A stretch of 64,000 nt of DNA from an uncultured delta proteobacterium (lineage in GTDB: Bacteria; Desulfobacterota; Binatia; UBA9968), in the NCBI GenBank assembly GCA_963840855.1, contig CAWJBB010000066.1, positions 1 to 64,000 on the forward strand. Reading direction: 5' to 3'. The position numbers were made by a program, and so were the translations under genes. The notes beneath the pieces were generated by a model, which saw nothing but the letters and a program-made list of their open reading frames with translations, ran no database searches and was not told the origin of the DNA. Of this stretch, positions 19,954-30,397 are shown piece after piece. Numbering within the stretch: the first letter of the stretch is position 1; each line of letters opens with the position of its first letter.

Positions 19954-20778
19954 TTAGCGGTCTTTGATCTCTTCCAGAAGTTCGTGGGCTTTTTGTTTGT
20001 GTCTGCCGTCGTCCGAGAATTTTGCCGGCAGCTCGGCGACGGAATTGAGCTGCGCCCGCGCCGCGGCCCACTCATGCCTAGCGACGTGGGTGCGCGCCAA
20101 TTCGAGCCGGCTTACGATCACGTTGGGATTGAGGGAAACCGCTTTCTTTAGAAACTCCGTGGATTTTTCCAAATCGCCGGTGGGCACAGAGCGGCCGTAC
20201 CACAGCGACGCGAACATGCGTCTGGTTTTGCCAAGCTCCGCCATCCGGCGGTGCCAAACCCCATAGATATGGTAGGCAAAACCGTTCTGCGGGTCGAGGG
20301 CGATGGCTTTTTCCGCGGCGACGCGGATCTCATCCGCCATCTCTATTTGCCGGGCAACCGGCGAGACACCCGCCATGCTGCCCAGCGAAGCCGCGAGATA
20401 GAAATGGCCCCAAGTGGAAGTGGAATCGACCTTGATCGCCTGGCGAGCGTAATTTTCCGCTGTGCGGTACTCCTGGAGCCGCCGTTCTTTCCAATTGGAA
20501 TGCGATTCAGGAATCGAGTCCCCCATATCGATATGAGCGCGGGATAGCTTGGCGAGGGCCTCGAGATTGCGCGGCTCCAGTTGCAAGGCTTTCCGCAGCA
20601 CGGCCGCCCCCTCTCTGGGTTTGAACTCGGCGTAGAAACGGTCCGCCTGTTCGATGAGCTCGGCGGTGTCCCTGTTTTGCGCCTTGCAGTGGGGGCAACC
20701 GTCCATCTGGGCGGCGCTGAATTCCGGCGTGGCCGCAACAACCAGCAAAATCAGGACGATGAAAAATCGCGCATCCAT
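19954..20778 (-). CDS. Secreted TPR protein (RMDN-like helical repeats)
   Basis: Signal peptide; TPR-like repeats ALQLEPRN, AIALDPQN, AVSLNPN. Confidence 0.7.
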   Translation of the reverse strand: MDARFFIVLILLVVAATPEFSAAQMDGCPHCKAQNRDTAELIEQADRFYAEFKPREGAAVLRKALQLEPRNLEALAKLSRAHIDMGDSIPESHSNWKERRLQEYRTAENYARQAIKVDSTSTWGHFYLAASLGSMAGVSPVARQIEMADEIRVAAEKAIALDPQNGFAYHIYGVWHRRMAELGKTRRMFASLWYGRSVPTGDLEKSTEFLKKAVSLNPNVIVSRLELARTHVARHEWAAARAQLNSVAELPAKFSDDGRHKQKAHELLEEIKDR

Positions 20779-20784
20779 GGTCTT

Positions 20785-21156
20785 TCATACAGCTGAGACC
20801 GGCCGCCCGCTATCATCCACGGCGACATAGACCACCTCGGCGGCGGTGACTTTGACGTTCTTTCCCGCCTCTTTGAATCTTTCCGCTTCGACTTCGACTT
20901 TGACCGTCACCGATGTCTTTCCTTGCTTTATCACCGAGGCGTATAGACTAACCACGTCGCCGACGTAAACCGGCGCGATGAAATCCACTTCGTATATCGC
21001 GCGGGTCACGAAATTGCGCGGCCCCAATCGCGCCGCGGCAATCGCTCCCGCCAAGTCAATATGGCTCAAGATAACGCCGCCGAAGATCGTTCCTCGCGCA
21101 TTGGTATCACGCGGCAACATGGTAACGCGCAGCGTTGGATCGCGACTCTCAATCAT
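20785..21156 (-). CDS. Acyl-CoA thioesterase (YciA-like hotdog fold)
   Basis: PRDTNARGTIFGG, PVYVGD and VYVAVD motifs. Confidence 0.88.
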   Translation of the reverse strand: MIESRDPTLRVTMLPRDTNARGTIFGGVILSHIDLAGAIAAARLGPRNFVTRAIYEVDFIAPVYVGDVVSLYASVIKQGKTSVTVKVEVEAERFKEAGKNVKVTAAEVVYVAVDDSGRPVSAV

Positions 21157-21228
21157 GGGCAGATATACGAATCGCTGCAAACCACGCGAGGACAATCCAT
21201 CGCGCCCCGCGCCGCCTTCGTTGGGCTT

Positions 21229-22146
21229 TTACACGTAGGCCAACCACTTTTGGTACTTGGCGTCCTTACCTTTGATTACGTCGAAGAAAGCCTGCTGAAT
21301 ATCCGCGGTAACCGGGCCGCGGCTGCCGGCGCCGATCTCGCGGTCATCCACCTCGCGGATCGGCGTCAATTCCGCTGCCGTGCCGGTGAGAAAAGCTTCG
21401 TCCGCAGTGTAGAGCTCGTCGCGCGTAAAGCGCTCTTCAATGACTTTATAGCCCTTATCGCCGGCGATGGTGACGATTGAGTCGCGCGTAATACCGGGAA
21501 GAATCGACGTCAACGGTGTGGTTTTCACCTTGCCGCCGCGCACCATGAAAATATTCTCGCCGCTGGCTTCTGAGACATAACCATCGGCGTCGAGCATGAT
21601 CGCCTCGTCGTACCCCGCCCTCTTCGCTTCAGCTTTGGCGAGCACTGAGTTGACGTAATTTCCGGTTGCTTTGCTCTTGGTCATCATGACGTTGACGTGG
21701 TGGCGCGTAAATGATGAGATCTTGGCGCGGATGCCGTTGCGCAGGCCTTCGTCGCCCAGATAAGCGCCCCACGGCCACACCGCGATACAAACGTTCACTG
21801 GGTTACGGGGCGCATATACCCCCATTTCACCGAAACCGAGAAAAGCCAACGGCCGGATGTAGCATTCCTTGAGCTTGTTGGCACGGATAACCTCCAGCGT
21901 CGCCCGCTCGAGTTCCGTGACGGAATAAGGCAGCGGAAAGCCGAGAATCTTGCCGGAGTCGGCGAGCCGCCGGATATGCTCCTGGAGACGAAAAACCGCG
22001 GAGCGGCCATCCGCCAAGGCGTAGCACCGCATACCTTCGAAATACCCGGTGCCATAATGTAGCGCGTGCGCCAGCACATGGACCCTAGCGTCCTCCCAAT
22101 CGACTAATTTTCCGTCGAACCAAATCTTCTCGGTCTTGAGTGACAT
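21229..22146 (-). CDS. ilvE: Branched-chain amino acid aminotransferase
   Basis: [33 protein letters not shown] and GTAAE motifs. Confidence 0.95.
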   Translation of the reverse strand: MSLKTEKIWFDGKLVDWEDARVHVLAHALHYGTGYFEGMRCYALADGRSAVFRLQEHIRRLADSGKILGFPLPYSVTELERATLEVIRANKLKECYIRPLAFLGFGEMGVYAPRNPVNVCIAVWPWGAYLGDEGLRNGIRAKISSFTRHHVNVMMTKSKATGNYVNSVLAKAEAKRAGYDEAIMLDADGYVSEASGENIFMVRGGKVKTTPLTSILPGITRDSIVTIAGDKGYKVIEERFTRDELYTADEAFLTGTAAELTPIREVDDREIGAGSRGPVTADIQQAFFDVIKGKDAKYQKWLAYV

Positions 22147-22226
22147 GATGGCTTCCTGATTAAACTCCGCCTTTCAGGCTCGAATTGATTTTACGTGCAT
22201 CGCTGGCGCTCATCAAGCTCGCCGAC

Positions 22227-22259
22227 AAAAAAGGCCACCCGGTCGCCCGCGGTGGCCTC
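22227..22259 (-). terminator. Intrinsic terminator after the HU gene
   Basis: Minus strand GGCCACC-loop-GGTGGCC followed by TTTTTT. Confidence 0.8.
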
Positions 22260-22277
22260 CCATGGTCACCCAAATAT

Positions 22278-22547
22278 TTAAAGTCCCTTTTTGAGCGTGG
22301 GCGCCGGCTTGAATCCGACGGTTTTGCTCGCCTTTATGCTGATCGTAGAACCGGTTTGCGGATCTCTTCCCTGATGCGCTTTCCGTGAGCGCACCGTAAA
22401 AGTTCCAAAACTGGGCACCTGAAATCGCTTTTCTTTTCTAATCGCGCGCGCGATATTCTCGAACGCCGCATCCAGGGCGCTGTTGGCAGCATTCTTGCTG
22501 ATATCGGCGGCCTTGGCGACCGCCTCGACCAATTCATTCTTCGTCAT
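22278..22547 (-). CDS. hup: DNA-binding protein HU
   Basis: MTKNELVEAVA, FGTF, GRDPQTG and FKPAPTLK motifs. Confidence 0.92.
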   Translation of the reverse strand: MTKNELVEAVAKAADISKNAANSALDAAFENIARAIRKEKRFQVPSFGTFTVRSRKAHQGRDPQTGSTISIKASKTVGFKPAPTLKKGL

Positions 22548-22690
22548 CCCTCTTACCCTCCGTTTCCGGTTTTTGTGGTTGCTGCTAGCTTGCATAAGCA
22601 GATTTCTTGTTGTGCGGAAACAGTCCGTGATAATTCCGAATTCAGCCGTTAATGTCAATAGATTTTTCACGCGCTCTCGTAGCAGCGTAA

Positions 22691-23638
22691 TTATGTGATG
22701 GAATTTGCCCGCGCGAGCCGTTGATATAGCAAACCGTAGCGAACGCCCTGATCGCTAACGACGACTTGGCTCGCGGCGAAAAGCGCCATGATCTTTTCGA
22801 TCAGATACGCGCCGGCGAGAATCACATCGGCGCGCATTGGATGCAAGCCCGGGATGGCCTTGCGTTGCTGAACGGTTAAGCCCTGATAAATTGTTATTTG
22901 ACGCCGAACTTCGCCGCGTGAAAGCAGGCTGCCATGCACTTCGCCGTGGGCGTATTGCGCGAGTTTTTTTTCCACCGCCGCCAGCGTCGTAAACGTACCG
23001 GCGATTCCCACCAGCGTCAATTGTGACAAAGCGTGCATCCAGCGGGCGCCAACGGGTGCCAGCGCGGCGTCAATGACCGCGACCATGGCGTCGCACTGCC
23101 CTTGCGTAACCGGGTCGGAACGAAGATACCGCTCCGTCAGGCGCACCGAGCCGACATCGACGCTCATCGCTTCGGACATGCCCGCGCCATCGCCGTAAAT
23201 AAACTCCGTGCTGCCGCCGCCGATGTCGATGACCAGCAATTCTCGTCCGGCAAGCAAAAGTCCCCGGCGCGCCGCCAAGTAAGAGTATGCGGCCTCTTCC
23301 TCTCCGGAGATCACCCGCACGTTTAGCCCCAACCGCCGGCGCCAGCGGGTGAGCACCGCGCTACTATTGTCAGCGTCGCGGAGCGCGCTGGTTCCCACTG
23401 CCAGAATTTCCCGGACGGCCAGGCTCGCGCATCTCTCCAAGTAGTGCCGCAATACTGCCGAGCTTCGGTCCTCGCCCTCCGCGCTGATCCGGCGCGTTTT
23501 ATCGACGCCCTGCCCGAGCCGGGTGATCTCCGCGATATCGTCCAACACGCGAAACTCCCCGGCGTCACCGCACTCTGCGATCAAGCAAAGAATCGTGTTG
23601 GTGCCGATGTCGATAAAGGCACAACGCCTGCCGCTCAT
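22691..23638 (-). CDS. ppx: Ppx/GppA family exopolyphosphatase
   Basis: IDIGTNT, TSALRDA, ISGEEEA, DIGGGSTE and RADVI motifs. Confidence 0.88.
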   Translation of the reverse strand: MSGRRCAFIDIGTNTILCLIAECGDAGEFRVLDDIAEITRLGQGVDKTRRISAEGEDRSSAVLRHYLERCASLAVREILAVGTSALRDADNSSAVLTRWRRRLGLNVRVISGEEEAAYSYLAARRGLLLAGRELLVIDIGGGSTEFIYGDGAGMSEAMSVDVGSVRLTERYLRSDPVTQGQCDAMVAVIDAALAPVGARWMHALSQLTLVGIAGTFTTLAAVEKKLAQYAHGEVHGSLLSRGEVRRQITIYQGLTVQQRKAIPGLHPMRADVILAGAYLIEKIMALFAASQVVVSDQGVRYGLLYQRLARANSIT

Positions 23639-25002
23639 GGCGCTGTAACCTTGTACTGGGTACGGTCCGAATCGGCAAAATCAAGATTGCCCGCGGCTTG
23701 CGCAGTTTCTTTGAGCCAAGCATCCATATCCGCCAGCGCGCGAAGCGACATCATTTCTTTCTTGGCTTTGCCGCGCAGCCGCTCCGCCAGCGGCGGCAAT
23801 AGTCCGAAGTTGACGTTCATGGGCTGAAACTTCTTGCGCTCGGAATCAGTGACGTAGCGGAGCAAGGCTCCCAACGCGCTGGTCGGCGGCGGCACAACGG
23901 GTACCTGGCCGGCGAGCAGGCGCGCGGCATTGATGCCCGCCAATAGACCGGTGGCGGCGGACTCGATATAACCTTCGACTCCGGTCATCTGGCCGGCGAA
24001 AAATAGCGTTGAGCGCCGGCGCCACTGAAGCGTCGGTTCGAGATGTGCCGGTGCATTGATGAACGTGTTACGATGCAGACTTCCCAGGCGGACGAATTCG
24101 GCGTTCTCAAGTCCGGGGATCAGCGCGAAAACCCGGCGTTGTTCCGAATAGGTCATCTTGGTCTGAAAGCCGACAAGATTATGGAGCGTGCCCTCGCGGT
24201 TCTCCTGGCGCAATTGCACCACGGCGTAGGAACGCGCTCCAGTGCGCGGGTCAACCAACCCCACGGCGCGCATGGGGCCGAAGGCCAGCGTCTCATCGCC
24301 CCGGTCCGCCATTTCTTCGATGGGCATGCAGCCCGTGAAGGTCACGAAGCGCTCAAAGCTATGGGTCGGCACCCGGGCGGCGGTCCGCAGCGCTGCGACG
24401 AAACGATAGTACTCCGCTTTACTCAGAGGCAGATTTAGATAGTCCTCATCGCCCTGGCCATAACGCGCGGCGCGGTAGGCCAACGCCATGTCGATGGACT
24501 CCGCGGTGACGATGGGAGAGATGGCGTCGTAGAAATAAAGATGTTCTTCGCCGAGCATCGCGCTAAGCACTGATGACAATGCCGGCGAAGTGAGCGGCCC
24601 CGTGGCGAGAATCGCGACGCCGGAAGGAATCTCGGTCACTTCCCGGCGAATGACGTCGACCATCGGCAGCGCCTCCACCGCCGTACTTAGCGCGCGCGAG
24701 AAGCCGCCACGGTCCACTGCCAACGCGGACCCGGCGGGCACCCGGTTCGCTTCGGCGATGCGAATCACCAGAGAACCGAGCCGGCGCATCTCTTCCTTTA
24801 GCAAACCGGCGGGAGCTGTGAGCAGATTAGAGCGCAGCGAATTACTGCAAACCAGTTCACCGAAGTCGCCCGTGGCATGAGCTTCGGTCGCTCTGACCGG
24901 GCGCATCTCGAAAAGTTCCACGGCCACGCCGCGGCGCGCCAGCTGGTAGGCCGCTTCCGCGCCCGCCAGCCCGCCGCCGATCACGCGCACGATATTTCGC
25001 AT
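23635..25002 (-). CDS. trmFO: Methylenetetrahydrofolate-tRNA(uracil-5)-methyltransferase TrmFO
   Basis: GGGLAGAEAA, ELVCSNS, GFQT, GVEGY and FQPMNVNFG motifs. Confidence 0.95.
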   Translation of the reverse strand: MRNIVRVIGGGLAGAEAAYQLARRGVAVELFEMRPVRATEAHATGDFGELVCSNSLRSNLLTAPAGLLKEEMRRLGSLVIRIAEANRVPAGSALAVDRGGFSRALSTAVEALPMVDVIRREVTEIPSGVAILATGPLTSPALSSVLSAMLGEEHLYFYDAISPIVTAESIDMALAYRAARYGQGDEDYLNLPLSKAEYYRFVAALRTAARVPTHSFERFVTFTGCMPIEEMADRGDETLAFGPMRAVGLVDPRTGARSYAVVQLRQENREGTLHNLVGFQTKMTYSEQRRVFALIPGLENAEFVRLGSLHRNTFINAPAHLEPTLQWRRRSTLFFAGQMTGVEGYIESAATGLLAGINAARLLAGQVPVVPPPTSALGALLRYVTDSERKKFQPMNVNFGLLPPLAERLRGKAKKEMMSLRALADMDAWLKETAQAAGNLDFADSDRTQYKVTAP

Positions 25003-25063
25003 TCGCCGACTTTACTATTTATGGTGGAAAATAATGAAATGCTGTCCACCGAGACACGGGTCA

Positions 25064-25115
25064 GTATCAAGGTTCGAAGACCGAAGTCCGAAACATTGAA
25101 CCTTGAACTTTGAAC
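25064..25115. repeat. Degenerate heptamer element with CCGAAAC followed by (TTGAACN)x3
   Basis: Between topA and trmFO. Confidence 0.75.
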
Positions 25116-25140
25116 CAGCTTTCGCCGCGGCGGCGGCGCT

Positions 25141-27495
25141 TCAATTTGTCGGCGCCGCCGGTTGGGCGTTGTCCGGCACCATTTCCACGACCTGAACAGA
25201 ATAACCGCACTCTTTGTGGCGGCAACGCCGGATGTGTCCGGCGCGCTTGGTAATTTTGTCGATCAGAATCGGATCGCGGCAGTCGGGACAGGGGCCCGCC
25301 ACTGGCTTATCCCAAGAGGCAAATTTGCACTCGGGATAGCGGTCGCAGCCGTAGAAGAGCTTACCCCAGCGCGATTTTCTTTCCTTGATATCGCCTTCTT
25401 TGCAGTCGGGGCACTTGATTCCGAGGTCCACGGGTTTTTGCAATGGGCGAATGGTCTTACATTCGGGGTAGCCGCTGCAGCCGAGAAACTTGCCATACTT
25501 ACCCCAGCGGAGCAGCATGGGTCGGCCGCACTGGTCGCAGTTTTCGTTGACGGCCTCTTCCACGGTGACTTTGATTTCGCCCTTGTCATCACGGTTGAAA
25601 TTTTTCGTGCTCTTGCAGTCCGGATAGGCCTTGCACGCTAGGAACTCGCCGTTGCGCCCCCATTTGACCACCATCATCGAGCCGCACTTCTCACAAGCGA
25701 TGTCCGTCGGCACCTCCTGTCGCTTGACATCGCGCATCTCCTTCTCGGCCTTCTTGAGATCGCGCTCAAAAGGGGTGTAAAAGCGTTTCATCGCCTTCGT
25801 CCAGGCCTCTTTGCCCTCTTCGATCTTGTCCAGCTCGTCTTCCATGCCGGCCGTAAACTCGACGTTGAGAATGTCGGGAAAACTTTCTACCAGGAGATCG
25901 GTCACGAGAAAGCCCAGATCCGTGGCCACCAGCGCGCGCCGATCATCCTGCGCGACATATTCGCGGTCGAGAATGTTCGAGATGATAGCGGCATAGGTCG
26001 AAGGCCGGCCGATGCCTTTCTCGTCCAGCTCCTTGATCAGCGACGCCTGGGTGTAACGCGGTGGCGGCTGGGTGAAATGTTGGCGCGGGTCGAGCGCCAA
26101 CAGCTTGAGCGCATCGCCCTTTTGCAAATCCGGCAGCACGCCTTCCGTCTCCTGGCTATCGTCCTCACTTTCCTCGTCCGAGCCGTTGGCTTGGGCGGCG
26201 CGCTCATCGCGCCCCTCGATGTAAACTTTCATGAAGCCGTCGAATTTGACCTGCTGCCCGGTGGCGCGAAACAGCGCTTCGCGCACGGGAATCTCAAAGA
26301 CCGTCTGGTCGAACACCGCCGGCAGCATCTGGCTAGCGACGAAGCGGTCCCAGATAAGCGAATAGAGCTGAAACGCATCACGCCTGAGATAGCGACGCAC
26401 CCGCTCCGGCGTATATTCCAGCGATGTCGGCCGGATCGCCTCATGGGCGTCCTGGGCTCCCTTCTTAGAACGGTAAATATTCGGTTTCTCGGGCAAATAG
26501 TTCTTGCCGTATTGTCGTTCAATATGCCGGCGCACGTCGGCCAGTGCGTCCGCTGACACCCGCGTGGAATCGGTGCGCATATAGGTAATCAAGCCGGCGG
26601 AACCTTCGTCGCCCAGCTCCACGCCTTCGTACAAGTGCTGGGCGAGCTGCATCGTGCGCTTGGGTTGAAACCCTAGCTTGCGCGCGGCCTCTTGTTGCAG
26701 CTTGCTGGTCACGAAGGGCGGGGTCGGATAACGGCGCCGTTCCTTTTTTTCTACCTCTCCGATATCCCAGGAGGCGCCGTTTAGCGATTCAATGATCTCT
26801 TGAACAGCCGGGTCGGATTCGATGCGAAACTTTTTGTTGTCGACCTTCTGGCCGCGCCACTGGACCAGGCGCGCTCTAAAGGGCGGTGGCAAACGCCCCT
26901 CCAGTTGCGCGGTCAAAGACCAGTACTCCTGCGCCTGAAAGGCGCGGATATCTCGTTCGCGCTCGCAAACCAGACGCACCGTCACCGACTGCACGCGCCC
27001 TGCGCTCAGTCCGCGGCGCACCTTGTTCCACAGCAAGGGGCTGATCTTGTAACCCACCAGCCGGTCGAGGACGCGGCGCGCGATCTGGGCGTCGAATTTG
27101 TTTCGGTCTAGTTCCTGGGGATTGGCTATCGCTACTTGTACCGCTTTTTTGGTGATCTCGTTGATCAGCACGCGATGGACGCGCCGGTGGTTCGTGGTGA
27201 TCTGATCGGCTATATGCCAGGCGATGGCTTCGCCTTCGCGATCGGGGTCGGAGGCAAGATAAATATTTTCCTTACCCTTGGCTGCTTTCTTCAGCTCATC
27301 GATGACTTTTTTCTTCGTTTGGATGACGTGAAAGTCCGGCGTGAAGTTTTTCTTGACGTCCACGCCGAGCTTGCTCTTGGGCAGATCGACCACATGTCCC
27401 ACCGACGCTTTGACTTGATAGTCCCGGCCCAAATATTTTCCCAAGGTCTTGGCCTTGGCGGGCGACTCCACAATTACTAGATTTTTGGCTGCCAT
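25141..27495 (-). CDS. topA: DNA topoisomerase I
   Basis: IVESPAKAKT, DPDREGE, SAGRVQS, ITYMRTDS; C-terminal zinc ribbons. Confidence 0.97.
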   Translation of the reverse strand: MAAKNLVIVESPAKAKTLGKYLGRDYQVKASVGHVVDLPKSKLGVDVKKNFTPDFHVIQTKKKVIDELKKAAKGKENIYLASDPDREGEAIAWHIADQITTNHRRVHRVLINEITKKAVQVAIANPQELDRNKFDAQIARRVLDRLVGYKISPLLWNKVRRGLSAGRVQSVTVRLVCERERDIRAFQAQEYWSLTAQLEGRLPPPFRARLVQWRGQKVDNKKFRIESDPAVQEIIESLNGASWDIGEVEKKERRRYPTPPFVTSKLQQEAARKLGFQPKRTMQLAQHLYEGVELGDEGSAGLITYMRTDSTRVSADALADVRRHIERQYGKNYLPEKPNIYRSKKGAQDAHEAIRPTSLEYTPERVRRYLRRDAFQLYSLIWDRFVASQMLPAVFDQTVFEIPVREALFRATGQQVKFDGFMKVYIEGRDERAAQANGSDEESEDDSQETEGVLPDLQKGDALKLLALDPRQHFTQPPPRYTQASLIKELDEKGIGRPSTYAAIISNILDREYVAQDDRRALVATDLGFLVTDLLVESFPDILNVEFTAGMEDELDKIEEGKEAWTKAMKRFYTPFERDLKKAEKEMRDVKRQEVPTDIACEKCGSMMVVKWGRNGEFLACKAYPDCKSTKNFNRDDKGEIKVTVEEAVNENCDQCGRPMLLRWGKYGKFLGCSGYPECKTIRPLQKPVDLGIKCPDCKEGDIKERKSRWGKLFYGCDRYPECKFASWDKPVAGPCPDCRDPILIDKITKRAGHIRRCRHKECGYSVQVVEMVPDNAQPAAPTN

Positions 27496-27537
27496 AACTC
27501 GCGATTCTTTCCTTCGATCGATAACTACGTTTACCGT

Positions 27538-28689
27538 TCAGCCTTCGGCTGCGTAACGCTTTCCCGGCAATTGCCTCAGAAAGCCCTGCAGCTCCAACTC
27601 CAAGAGAATTTGCGAAACCTGCGCCGAACTCAGACCGCTGGTCTCGATCACTTCATCGATTTGCAAGATCCGTTCCTGCAGCAGGCCGAAAATCTTGCGC
27701 GTGTCGTCACTGCAATTTTCCGGCAACACCGGTTGCCGCCGGCTCGCGCTCTCCGGGCGCGCTAATTGGGGTGCGATTTCTTCGATAATATCCTCGGCGT
27801 TTTCAACCAATTTGGCGCCCTGGCGGATCAAACGGTGCGCGCCGCGGCTCCGGCTCGAGCCGACCTCGCCCGGTACGGCAAATATTTCCCGGTTCTGTTC
27901 CAGCGCATGGGCGGCAGTGATCAGGGAACCGCTCTTTTCCGTGGCTTCCACCACAACCACCCCCAGGGATAGACCGCTGATGAGTCGGTTGCGCGCCGGG
28001 AAGTTAAACGCCACCGGGCGCGCGCCCAAGGGCAATTCGGAAATCACCGCGCCCCGCCGGGCGATGCGCTCGGCCAGCCCCTCATGCTCGGGGGGATAGA
28101 TTCGATCCACTCCGCTGCCCAACACCGCTATCGTGCGCCCGCCGCCATCCAGCGCAGATTCATGGGCCGTGCCGTCGATGCCCCGCGCCATACCGCTCAC
28201 CACGGTAAAACCCAATGAGGCCAGTCCGCGGCAAATATTCCGCGCCACTTTGCGGCCGTAATCACTGGCGCTGCGCGAGCCGACGATAGCCACCGCCTTT
28301 TCGTCCGCGGCGCTAATCTCACCCTTGATGTAAAGCAACGGCGGCGGGTCGGCAATCGCGCGCAAGCGCGCCGGGTAACAGGGATCGATAAATGGCACGA
28401 TCCGAACACCGGCTTCCCGTGAGCGGCGTATTTCAGCCTCCGCCTCAGCCCACTCGGAAAAACCCAGCAAACCCTCGATGGCATCCTTGTCTAGCCCCGG
28501 AACGTTTTTTAATTCGGCCGGCCGCGCTGATAACGCCGCCGTGGGATCGACAAAATGGGCGGCAAGTTTTTTGAAACCCACGCAACCGAGCCCTTTAACG
28601 CGGCTAAGCGCGACCCACGGCGTATGATCTATGTAAGCCGGCGTGGGCAAAAACGATTCCTCCGAAAACCTTACAGTCACCCCATCCAT
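27538..28689 (-). CDS. dprA: DNA-processing protein DprA
   Basis: AIVGSR, VSGMARGIDG, FPARNRLISG and SGSLITA motifs; upstream of topA. Confidence 0.95.
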   Translation of the reverse strand: MDGVTVRFSEESFLPTPAYIDHTPWVALSRVKGLGCVGFKKLAAHFVDPTAALSARPAELKNVPGLDKDAIEGLLGFSEWAEAEAEIRRSREAGVRIVPFIDPCYPARLRAIADPPPLLYIKGEISAADEKAVAIVGSRSASDYGRKVARNICRGLASLGFTVVSGMARGIDGTAHESALDGGGRTIAVLGSGVDRIYPPEHEGLAERIARRGAVISELPLGARPVAFNFPARNRLISGLSLGVVVVEATEKSGSLITAAHALEQNREIFAVPGEVGSSRSRGAHRLIRQGAKLVENAEDIIEEIAPQLARPESASRRQPVLPENCSDDTRKIFGLLQERILQIDEVIETSGLSSAQVSQILLELELQGFLRQLPGKRYAAEG

Positions 28690-28976
28690 AATTTAGTTAC
28701 GCCGTATCAATTACGGGACGCAATATTCAGAATGCTGGCTGCACAGACGCAGGATGGCAATGATAAGATAAATTCGCGCTCAAGGCTAGATCAGACGGTG
28801 AGAAAGGCTAAAAGTAAAACCGCCTATCTGCGGCGAAGCTTCTGTTTTTACAAATCTTTTACCCAAATCGAGCAGGCGTTTTTTCGATCCGGCGCCGACC
28901 GTAAAAGCATCGATAACAGCATCGCCGCGCACCACCACGTCCCGACTCAAGGCTTTGATCGTCCATTGCGAGGGCA

Positions 28977-30396
28977 TCACCGTTTCTCCCTTCGTTCCTC
29001 CCGGCGCGCGCGCAGAATCAGTTTTATCGGCGTGTGGTTCAATCCCAGATGCTCGCGCAAATGGTGCGTCAGGTAGCGCCGGTAACTTTCCGGCACGCCC
29101 CGCGGAATATTGACGAATAAAGCAAACGCCGGCGGCCGCGAACCGGTCTGAGTGCCATAATAAAATTTCACCGCGCGGCCTTGCCAGAGCGGCACCGTAT
29201 GGGCCCTGACGATCCGCTGTAAGGCCTGATTGAACTGCGACGTCGCGATCCTGCGCCGGTAGGCCTGAAGCACCAATGCCGCAGTCTCCTGCATTTTGCG
29301 CACGCCATGGCCGGTGATCGCGGAAATGAAACAGACCGGCGCGTAATCCAAAAATGTCAGATGATAGTACACCTCATCGCGATACGCCTTGGTGTCAGCA
29401 TCCTCCTTTGACACCATGTCCCACTTATTGACCGCCAACAGCACCGCCTTACTGCGCTGGCAGGCGTAACTGAGAATCTGCGCGTCCTGGTCCGTAACCC
29501 CTTCGACGCCGTCTATTACATGGATGATAAGATCGCCGCTGTCCACGGTGCGCAGCGAGCGGTTGACGCTGAAGCGTTCGACACGGTCATCGATGCGCGC
29601 CTTGCGCCGGATACCAGCGGTGTCCACCAAGATGCAAGGCTCGCCCTGCAAATTAAACGGCGTGTCAACGGCGTCCCGCGTCGTGCCCGGGGTGGCATCC
29701 ACCACCGAGCGCTCAAAGCCGAGTAGGCGGTTGATCAGCGTCGACTTGCCGACGTTGGGGCGGCCCACCACGGCGACGCGCAAAGGTGGTTCGTCGGGTT
29801 TTTCCTCTACGTCTTCAGGCTGCTCTTGCCCGTTGTCGACGATTGGCGACACTTGCTCGACTTGAGAAAAATGCCGCGCCACGTCCTCCAGGAGTTCCGG
29901 GATACCAAGGCCATGTTCAGCCGAGATCGAATAGAGCGAGTCCAATCCGAGGGCGTAAAACTCAAAAAGGTTCTCGGCGCGCCGCTGTGAGTCAAGTTTG
30001 TTAACGGCGAAGAACACCGGCTTATTCGCCTTGCGCAGTGAATTCACCACCTCGCGGTCCAACGGATTCAAGCCCGCTTTACCGTCCAGGAGAAAAATGA
30101 CGGCATCGGCTTCGACCAGCGCCAGTTGGCTTTGTGCCTGAACGCTTTCTTCGAGTTTGCCGCCGGCCGCTGATTCGATGCCGCCGGTATCGACGACGAG
30201 ATATTTTCGTCCCGCCCACTCCGCCTGGGCATAGTTTCGATCGCGGGTCACCCCCGGCCAGTCGTCGACAATCGCCTTGCGCGCGCCGACGAGGCGGTTG
30301 AACAACGTCGATTTGCCCACATTGGGTCGCCCGACGATGGCCACAACCGGTAGTCCGCGCTGCGTTAGCGACGGCTTTCGGCGCCGGATGGTTCAT
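28977..30396 (-). CDS. der: Ribosome biogenesis GTPase Der; probable one-base error near the start
   Basis: Two GRPNVGKST G-domains, DTGG and DTAG; ATG 30396 is out of frame with the ORF that starts at GTG 30344. Confidence 0.93.
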
Positions 30397-30397
30397 T

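Noticed and set aside
28786-28980. 64-aa ORF overlapping the der stop (TGATG)
   Set aside because: No recognisable motif, and it probably spans the dprA promoter region; cannot be supported without homologues
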